A stretch of 64,000 nt of DNA, taken from assembly GCA_013373105.1 (NCBI GenBank), contig JABXIJ010000003.1, forward strand, positions 10,452 to 74,451. The letters are read 5' to 3'. The translations under genes and the position numbers were made by a program. Source of the stretch: Flavobacteriaceae bacterium (GTDB lineage: Bacteria > Bacteroidota > Bacteroidia > Flavobacteriales > Flavobacteriaceae). This document shows, in pieces, positions 61,109 through 64,000 of the stretch. The notes beneath the pieces are model-generated. The model worked only from the letters and a program-made list of their open reading frames with translations, had not been told where the DNA came from and did not search any database. Within the stretch, counting starts at the first letter, position 1, and each line of letters opens with the position of its first letter.

Positions 61109-63226
61109 TTAAATTTTTTTCTTCAAACTAATTGCTAAACCTCCTCCTTCAGCAAGTTTAAATTTTAGTTTATCTGAATTTCTTATCAATTTTTTTTCGA
61201 TAATTATGTCTAATGGATTGTTATTCCAATGTGCATTTTTTCCATCTTTATAAATAATGGATTCATAAGTGGTATTATCATCTAAAAAACTAAAATCTAT
61301 GTCTATATCTCGCTTATTTTCATCAGTAATACTGCCAATAAACCAATTCTCTGTTCCTTTTTCTTTTCTAGCAATAGTTACAAAATCACCAACTTCACCA
61401 TTTAAAACTTTAGTCTCTAACCATTCTACACCAACATCTTTAATAAATTGTAAAGGTTTAGGATTTGCCTCATAATGCTCTACTAAATCTGCAGCCATTT
61501 GTATAGGACTATATATAACAACATATAGCGCCAGCTGTTGGGCTAAAGTAGTATTTACCTGATTCTCTTTTTTATATTCATTAAATTTAATATTAAAAAT
61601 ACCAGGAGTAAAATCTATTGGACCAGCTAACATTCTTGTAAATGCAACAATTGGCAAATGTTCAGGAGGATTTCCACCATCTGCAGACCAAGCATTAAAT
61701 TCTTGTCCTCGTAAACCTTCTCTAGAAATTATATTTGGGTATGTTCTTCTTAAACCTGTTGCTTTTATAGGTTCATGTGCATTAACTGCTACTTGATATT
61801 TAGCTGCTTTTATAGCTGCGTTATTGTATTGATTTACCATGTACTGACCATGATGATATTCTCCTTTTGGCAAAATTTTACCTACATAACCAGATTTTAC
61901 AGCATGCATACCATACTTTTTCATTAAAGCATAGGCTTTATCTTGCTGTTTCTCATAAGTTTGAGTTGCAGCTGATGTTTCATGATGCATAATAATTTCA
62001 ACTCCTTTTTCTTTAGCATATGCTGTAACCTCATCTAAATCATAATCTGGATATGGAGTAATAAAATCAAAAACTCCTTCTCTATCCTCAAAACCAATCC
62101 AACGTTCCCAGCCTGTATTCCATCCTTCTACAAGAACACCACCAATATTATTTTTAGCAGAAAAGTCGATAAAACGTTTTACATTTTCAGTTGTTGCTCC
62201 ATGATTACCATGAGCTTTACCTGTGTCTTTCCATTTGCCATTAACCAATTCCATTCCATAATCCCAAGATGATTTACCCAAATGCATTTCCCACCAAACT
62301 CCAGTATATTTCATTGGTTTAAACCAAGAAACATCACCAAGTTTATTAGGTTCATTTAAATTAACTATTAGCTTAGAAGTAATTAAATCTGGTGCATTAT
62401 CAGTAATTTGAATAGTTCTCCATGGCGTATTAAAAGGAACGCTTCTTTTTACTTTATAATCAATATTTCTAGAACCTACTAATTTACTTTTAAAAGATAA
62501 GTTTTCTGTATCAACCTTTAAAGTCATACCAGAATAATCTACTAAAGCTGCTTCGTGAAAACTTAGATGTAAACCATCTTTTCCTATTAAAGTTACAGGT
62601 GTATTTACGGCGTTTTCTGGTATATAAGATTGTGCTAGGTTTGTTTTTGGTATATAAGACTTTGCATTAATTTCTGATAGCTTTGTAGTACTATATAAAT
62701 GCTCGTAAATATCCCAATCTCCAGGAATCCAAAAGGTTTTATAATCTTCAGTTAAATTAAACTCTGTATTTTCTTCTTTAATTAGAACTTCTTTTAAATT
62801 CTCTTGTTTTGGAAATTCAAATCTAAATCCAACACCATCATTAAAAACTCTAAAAACTACATTAACTCTTCGCTTTAAATTGTCTCTTTCTTCTAATTCA
62901 ACTGTAACTTCATTATAATTATTTACTACATTAAGTTGTTCTCCCCAAGGCATTTGCCATGTTTCATTTACCTCTACAGGTTTTTTAACTCTAGCCATAA
63001 ACCCCTCTTTTAAAGCTTTAGCATTTGTTAATTCGAAACCAATAGCTGAAGTATCTATTATTTTTTGCTGTTTGTATTGAATAATATATTTAAAAACACC
63101 TTTATTATCTAATAAAAAGCTTACTGTTATATTTTCATCTGGTGATGATACACCTGATGATTTTACATTACATGAGGAAAACGTAAGCAAACAACAAAAT
63201 AAGAGAGAATAATAAAGTAGTTTCAT
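61109..63226 (-). CDS. GH97 family alpha-glucosidase (SusB-like)
   Basis: It is about 700 aa with a signal/lipobox (TFSSC). It shows GH97-like blocks (FHEAALVDYSGM, GVWWEMH, GGVLVEGWNTGWE, HHETS, AVNAHEP, REGLRGQE). It is adjacent to a GH13 gene. Confidence 0.85.
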   Translation of the reverse strand: MKLLYYSLLFCCLLTFSSCNVKSSGVSSPDENITVSFLLDNKGVFKYIIQYKQQKIIDTSAIGFELTNAKALKEGFMARVKKPVEVNETWQMPWGEQLNVVNNYNEVTVELEERDNLKRRVNVVFRVFNDGVGFRFEFPKQENLKEVLIKEENTEFNLTEDYKTFWIPGDWDIYEHLYSTTKLSEINAKSYIPKTNLAQSYIPENAVNTPVTLIGKDGLHLSFHEAALVDYSGMTLKVDTENLSFKSKLVGSRNIDYKVKRSVPFNTPWRTIQITDNAPDLITSKLIVNLNEPNKLGDVSWFKPMKYTGVWWEMHLGKSSWDYGMELVNGKWKDTGKAHGNHGATTENVKRFIDFSAKNNIGGVLVEGWNTGWERWIGFEDREGVFDFITPYPDYDLDEVTAYAKEKGVEIIMHHETSAATQTYEKQQDKAYALMKKYGMHAVKSGYVGKILPKGEYHHGQYMVNQYNNAAIKAAKYQVAVNAHEPIKATGLRRTYPNIISREGLRGQEFNAWSADGGNPPEHLPIVAFTRMLAGPIDFTPGIFNIKFNEYKKENQVNTTLAQQLALYVVIYSPIQMAADLVEHYEANPKPLQFIKDVGVEWLETKVLNGEVGDFVTIARKEKGTENWFIGSITDENKRDIDIDFSFLDDNTTYESIIYKDGKNAHWNNNPLDIIIEKKLIRNSDKLKFKLAEGGGLAISLKKKI

Positions 63227-63228
63227 TT

Positions 63229-64000
63229 TTAATTTTTTTCTAATAATACAATTGGGAATTTTGAGTTAACAGTTACAAAACCATTAATTACTTCGTATTC
63301 TTGTTTAGAGTAAAAGTCGAAAACTGATTCTCCATTTTTAAACACAGATGATACGTTTAACTTCTTATTTCCAGCAGGCAGATTTATTCCTGCAACAATT
63401 TTATCATCTTTAAAAGTTCTTGATAAAACCAATCCATTTTCATCAGTTATAATGGTATTCTTTCCTGCACCAACTGCCATATGATTTGCTCTAAACTGGC
63501 CTAGTTTTTGCCAATGGCTTAACAACATTTGGGTTTCGTTATTACTAAGTGAATCCCAATTCATAAATGATCGTAAAGTAGCATCACCAACAGAACCTTC
63601 AATAGTTAAATCTCTAGCTATTTCATCTCCATAATAAACCTGTGAAGCTCCTGGAGACAGTAATAATAAGGTACCTGTTTCATAAGGTTTTGCTCTATTT
63701 TTATCAAAAGGAGAGTCATCGTCATGAGAAGTCATATAATTTAAAACACTATAACCTTTTAATTGATTATGTAGAATTGAATCGTACTTAGTAAACAAAT
63801 CTTTTACCTTCTGTTGCTTTGCATTCCACTTGAATTCAAAATTAATTTGGCTAGTAAACATATCATCAAAGTAATTAACTTTTTTGTCTCCAAAATTGAA
63901 TAATTTACCACCACTTATTCCATAATTATAAACTTCACCAACTAAATAAAAATCTGAGTTATCTAAGACTTTGTCAGGATTATTTTTCTTGTATTGTTCA
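63229..64000 (-). CDS. GH13 family alpha-amylase, C-terminal portion (5' end outside the window)
   Basis: The reading frame stays open upstream of the listed Met to the window edge (...FYLVGEVYNYGISGG...). It has the GH13 region III-like LVGEV and region IV-like YMTSHDD, followed by a C-terminal beta-sandwich. Confidence 0.85.
   Translation of the reverse strand, partial: EQYKKNNPDKVLDNSDFYLVGEVYNYGISGGKLFNFGDKKVNYFDDMFTSQINFEFKWNAKQQKVKDLFTKYDSILHNQLKGYSVLNYMTSHDDDSPFDKNRAKPYETGTLLLLSPGASQVYYGDEIARDLTIEGSVGDATLRSFMNWDSLSNNETQMLLSHWQKLGQFRANHMAVGAGKNTIITDENGLVLSRTFKDDKIVAGINLPAGNKKLNVSSVFKNGESVFDFYSKQEYEVINGFVTVNSKFPIVLLEKN

Noticed and set aside
4919-61475. All other short ORFs in the track that lie antisense within long genes. 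Examples: 4919-5197, 5267-5461, 6823-7008, 7138-7353, 11142-11336, 11925-12134, 15413-15595, 16621-16977, 18139-18345, 18709-19050, 20318-20524, 20804-21034, 25456-25677, 28453-28644, 35484-35699, 36884-37165, 37444-37686, 42028-42240, 44737-44919, 45045-45245, 45272-45532, 49658-49873, 51572-51814, 54224-54454, 55264-55452, 56468-56671, 57500-57718, 61269-61475.
   Set aside because: Each overlaps a longer ORF on the other strand that has clear family motifs. None has a signal, motif or composition suggesting a real gene.
1-64000. I searched by eye for rRNA or tRNA genes, CRISPR arrays, transposases or integrases, phage genes and known defence-system signatures.
   Set aside because: No GC-rich structured RNA-like islands occur in the intergenic gaps. 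There are no spaced direct-repeat arrays, no DDE or tyrosine-recombinase-like ORFs, and no flanking inverted repeats. The window looks like stable core chromosome plus a PUL.

Overview
This is a low-GC chromosomal segment with typical marine Flavobacteriia (Bacteroidota) features: SusC/SusD, T9SS C-terminal sorting domains and lipoprotein signal peptides. The genus cannot be determined from the sequence alone.

Bases 1-31.4 kb carry housekeeping and miscellaneous genes:
- ftsK 3' end, a LolA-like gene, an LptF/G permease, ribBA and pepE
- a DUF6702-like gene followed by two tandem M1 metallopeptidase paralogs
- a PlsC-like acyltransferase and a Nudix hydrolase
- the lgt-yidD-cysS block
- an ECF sigma / anti-sigma / DUF4097-like operon
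- meaB, two thioredoxin-fold genes, an S1/P1 nuclease and an SPFH protein
- a 1062-aa BNR/sortilin-like protein and several DUF membrane proteins

Bases 31.5-60.6 kb are one large minus-strand polysaccharide utilisation locus of the laminarin (beta-1,3/1,6-glucan) type. In transcription order it encodes:
- a transmembrane propeller/YYY/LuxR regulator, SusC, SusD and two PKD-type surface lipoproteins
- a clan GH-A glycosidase fused to a long beta-barrel-like C-terminal domain, another binding-type lipoprotein and GH16
- a 1147-aa signal-less GH149-like candidate beta-1,3-glucan phosphorylase, GH3, GH17, GH30, a GPH/MFS symporter and a signal-less GH17
- a T9SS-secreted binding protein

Hairpin terminators and AT-rich gaps split the locus into about four transcription units. 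The window ends with alpha-glucan genes (GH97, partial GH13).

I found no rRNA, tRNA, CRISPR array, transposase or integrase.

The most interesting items are:
- the GH-A::beta-barrel-like fusion
- the GH149-like cytoplasmic enzyme
- an uncharacterised ~155-165-aa module shared by three PUL proteins
- a 456-bp intragenic tandem duplication
- an exact 14-mer (direct repeats) shared by PUL promoter regions
- several small ORFs missed by the ORF track
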